Position numbers and translations under genes: made by a program | Notes under the pieces: model-generated | What the model saw: the letters and a program-made list of their open reading frames with translations, nothing else | Databases searched by the model: none | Told to the model about the DNA's origin: nothing | Assembly (NCBI GenBank): GCA_905178155.1 | Contig: CAJINV010000008.1 | Coordinates: 4,117,420 to 4,181,419 of the forward strand | Reading direction: 5' to 3' | Source of the DNA: Amoebophrya sp. A120 | Taxonomy: Eukaryota; Protista; Dinoflagellata | Length of the DNA stretch: 64,000 nucleotides | Part shown: positions 60,901 through 64,000 of the stretch, one piece after another | How positions within the stretch are numbered: position 1 is the first letter of the stretch | How the letters are laid out: every line of letters begins with the position of its first letter

Positions 60901-61765
60901 TAGATATTTTGCTAATATGCTGTCGTGCATGACAGGTTTGGGCTTGCAGTGTGATCATGTGTGGCGCTTTTAAGTAGCTGCATCACATCTCGCTCCCCTT
61001 GTTAGCCTCATTCTGGCATGACAAACTACCAAAGAGCATTAGAAAATTGCACCTTATGTGGTTCGTGCGCATGGAAAAAACGTCCGAGACTTGCTGATTC
61101 TATCTGGGGTGGGGACGACGTCTTCACCCGGGATAGGTCCCGATGAAAAATTCGAGCAATGTCCCAGATCTGCAACTGACCACCTCCGCGTCGAAACCAA
61201 ACATGTTTGGCGCGCCGAACTTGCTGCTCACCGGACCGACCTCTCCGCTTGGCGGTAGTAGCAACGTGGTCGCGGGAACCGCAACAAAAAGCATGTTCGC
61301 GACGGGCACAACAGGGGCTTCCATTTATGCGATTGCACAAATAGTTCTTGTCTCCCTCATTGATTTTTCATTTTCATATAGTCATGCTTCAAAAGATACC
61401 AAAATCCTCATCTTGCAGTTGCCGCTAAGAAAGTAAGGCTCTCTGCGCCGCGACACGTATTATAACTACATCACCAGCCCGTGTGCCTATTTATGCATCA
61501 TGCGGAAGTACGAATATCGAGGAAAAGGGGAGTTGATGTGCACTGTCATACGATTGTGCCGGGAGTGATCAACAGTGGCACGGGTACGGGTGGGCAACAA
61601 GGTAGTAGTACCTCGCCACAATCCAAGTCGATGTTTGCGGGTGGTCTAGGCGGTGGGTTCATGAGCAGCAACTGGGAAGGGGCCGGCGGGAGCGGCAACC
61701 TGTCCACGTCCAGTCCCAATGTGTTCGCAACCTCCATGCCGACGTTCGGGGGAGGCGCCAGTTAG
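57981..61765 (+). CDS. Proteorhodopsin-like microbial rhodopsin, paralogue 2
   Basis: Spliced product: DHVGLSFWLAS; VAWHHY; PTVYRYVDW-LVTVPLQVTEFYLIL; MLTFGYLGE; LLFGWMLYPIGY; LNAIYNLADLLNKVAFGLAIY. GT-AG introns 58328-58441, 58905-59135 and 59553-59709. Introners at 58506, 59809, 60147, 60491, 60860 and 61326. Confidence 0.92.
58506..58723. mobile_element. Introner (family E)
   Basis: Perfect TIR TATGAGAGTGCACAACTCCCCCTC; perfect direct repeat GTTTG. Confidence 0.95.
60147..60440. mobile_element. Introner (A-related, diverged)
   Basis: TATGC...GCATA ends; perfect direct repeat CTTGA. Confidence 0.8.
60491..60701. mobile_element. Introner (family B, 211 bp)
   Basis: TIR AAGAAAAAAGT..TACAGTTACAC; perfect direct repeat GTTTG. 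Confidence 0.9.
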
Positions 61766-63339
61766 ATTTACCAAGAATTACATTTACAGCCAGTACAAGA
61801 AATACAGTTGATATGTACTGCTTGTTATATTGCCCAACTGCTAGTGAAGTTGTAGACCTGCTGTAATCGATCATGTAGTTATACTAGATGGCGTAGATGT
61901 CCCAAAGATTTACTCAGAGTCTCAAGAACGAAAAAGGCAAGCGTGCTGGGGAAGAAGTAACATCTGAAATTTGTTGGTAAATATTTATCAGTATTACATG
62001 CAAGCATGTGAGCACCCAAGTGAAAGATCCTGTGCAAAACAGGACTAGCTGCGGAGACCAGAAAACATTAAGCAAGTAGAGCTGCTGCAAATACTGTACT
62101 AAGCACAGCTCTGCTAGTACCATGTATGAGAACAGGATAGATTCGTAAGTATGACGAAATTTAGACGAATGTAAGAAGCGCAGAGAAAAGTTGAAAAAAG
62201 CAAGTTGGCATATTGAAGATTGTGACGCCGGTGCTTTAGTACAAGAGCAAATTGAAATTCCCAATGTGGTTTTATGGCTTCGCAATATTTTTCGATCTGT
62301 CGGTCCACGTCAATGGAAAAGCAAAAGCCGTGTGTATAACTGTAGGCGTTGACTCTACCCGCCGTTTACGATCTTCCTCGGTCGTACAGCTTCAACGAAC
62401 GTTGTGCGTCTCTCACGACCCGCTGTTCACCGGAGTGCGTCCCCTTCATCTTGATCCACACAGAAAGAAGTTCAAGAACAGCAGGTGCGACGATAATTCC
62501 TTTCATCATCAACTGCTTTCTTCGTACGTTGTGAGTTTGTGCCACTTTTTCGCAAACACGGCTGAACTGAAATAGTCTCACGTCGCTCGCGATTTTGGTC
62601 GACCTTTTTTTGTCAAGTTGCGTAGGTACCAAGATTTAGCATCAAGAACCTGAAAGGTTGATTCGCGCACGACCTGAAGGTGATGAAGCGTATATGAAGT
62701 AGCTAAGAAAGTTGAATTTTTTCGCACACGATCCCAAAAAACAAGAAGAAATATCGACAACACTACATGGATCACGACGGGTTCGGGTTGAACCCTGCAC
62801 TTGTTAACATGAAATGGTCTTGTTGTATTGCTGTTTATAGTCTCGCCCGCTTGCTGTAACATTAGCTAGGACTCATCTATTGGTGGTTCTTGTCGTGATG
62901 GTGCGCCAAATTCTTTCTTGGCTGTCAGCACGGAAGATCCAGCGCCAGCTACGGCAGTATTCAGCTCGACACGTTTCTCTTTTGATATTTCTATTCGCTA
63001 CGCCCAACTTCATTTTCATGTTCAATTTCCTACAGTTTCCGAAAAACACCTTTGGCGAGTGACATAGAAGTATCAATGTGACCGAAAACTCTAGTAAGTA
63101 TCTCATTCCATTTTCAATTTCAATGAAAAACATTCAACCTGAAAAGGATAATGGCTATCGCGCATAGAAGGATCGGTGAATGCCACTAGATTAGCAGCTT
63201 CTGCTGCTTTCATATTCGGAGTGGGAGCCCACAAGAAGTAGAACGGCAAACAGTCGTTGTTCATTCCCGTGCGTAAGTAAGCACGAGCACGGGCGAAGAC
63301 GCTGGGCGGAAGAATAAGAAACGCGACTACTATAGCAGG

Positions 63340-64000
63340 ATGGACGAGCGTTACCAGAGCCGCAGAAAAAACTACAAGAAAGGTACCACCTTCTAAAGAC
63401 AACGTCGTGCTCCTCCTGTTGTGGTAAATTTTGTTGCATTATGAAACCGATGCTCATGGTGCTACGTCATATAGTACGGTCGTGTTGCGTGTTGTCCTCA
63501 CGCTTTTCGTGTAGTAGTCGTAGTGGTAGTTCTAAAAGACGTGAAATATAATCCGAAAAGGTATCGACAGTGAGGACTTCCGCAGACGGCGCGAAAATGA
63601 GGAGGTCCAGATTCGAAAGTCGGAGAAAGAGGCCCAGATTGCTGCGAAGAGGCAGCAGCTGTCGCACTACCGGGATGGCGGTCCACTGGCACCAGGAGAC
63701 CACCAAAACCAGCCCTTCGGTAATCTGCAACAGCTCGCGCAGCAAGCCGGCCAGCCGAACCACAATACGAACACCTTCCAGTACGGAGGCTCAACCTCCA
63801 GCACCGCTGGCGGGGTCATCGGCGGCGAAGACCAGAGACTGGTGCAGATGACGGACGGCAACGACCCGAGCCGGTTTTTCCCGACCGACAACGAGATGCA
63901 AGCCACGTCAACAGCAAGCGGTGCTCTCTCCCCCCTGGAGATTGAAGCGCTGCAGCAGCTGCCCCAGATCGTCGCTGCGATAGGGGCGCCCACGGTGGTG
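63340..64000 (+). CDS. Importin-alpha, 5' part (IBB domain), runs off the window
   Basis: MDERYQSRRKNYKK|GIDSEDFRRRRENEEVQIRKSEKEAQIAAKR after removing GT-AG intron 63383-63560. Frame stays open to the window end. Not present in the supplied ORF track. Confidence 0.85.

Overview
Eukaryotic DNA, most likely from an Amoebophrya-like (Syndiniales) dinoflagellate. This is inferred from every credible gene lying on the + strand and from genes split by many short TIR-bounded, 5-bp-direct-repeat-flanked non-canonical 'introner' introns. Order along the window: (1) a large RING-finger ORF (194-5449); (2) a ~21.7-kb repeat-spacer array (5744-27428), in which nine copies of an invariant 27-bp core (TAGATATCACTGCCACCACTTGAATTT) separate eight unrelated 0.6-1.7-kb segments, including a Copia RT fragment and truncated genes; this is the best candidate for an undescribed DNA-capture system; (3) inside spacer 5, a 13.1-kb tyrosine-recombinase retrotransposon (RT-RNaseH, YR, split direct repeats A1...B1-A2-B2) with extra ORFs and apparent GT-AG introns; (4) host genes reconstructed by hand-splicing: a membrane protein, a secreted protein, a histidine phosphatase, an ankyrin protein, a bacterial-like SAM methyltransferase, two proteorhodopsin-like paralogues (DTE motif, Q105, retinal Lys, very large E-F loop inserts and tails) and the 5' end of importin-alpha. 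All calls come from motif recognition by eye; no database search was run.
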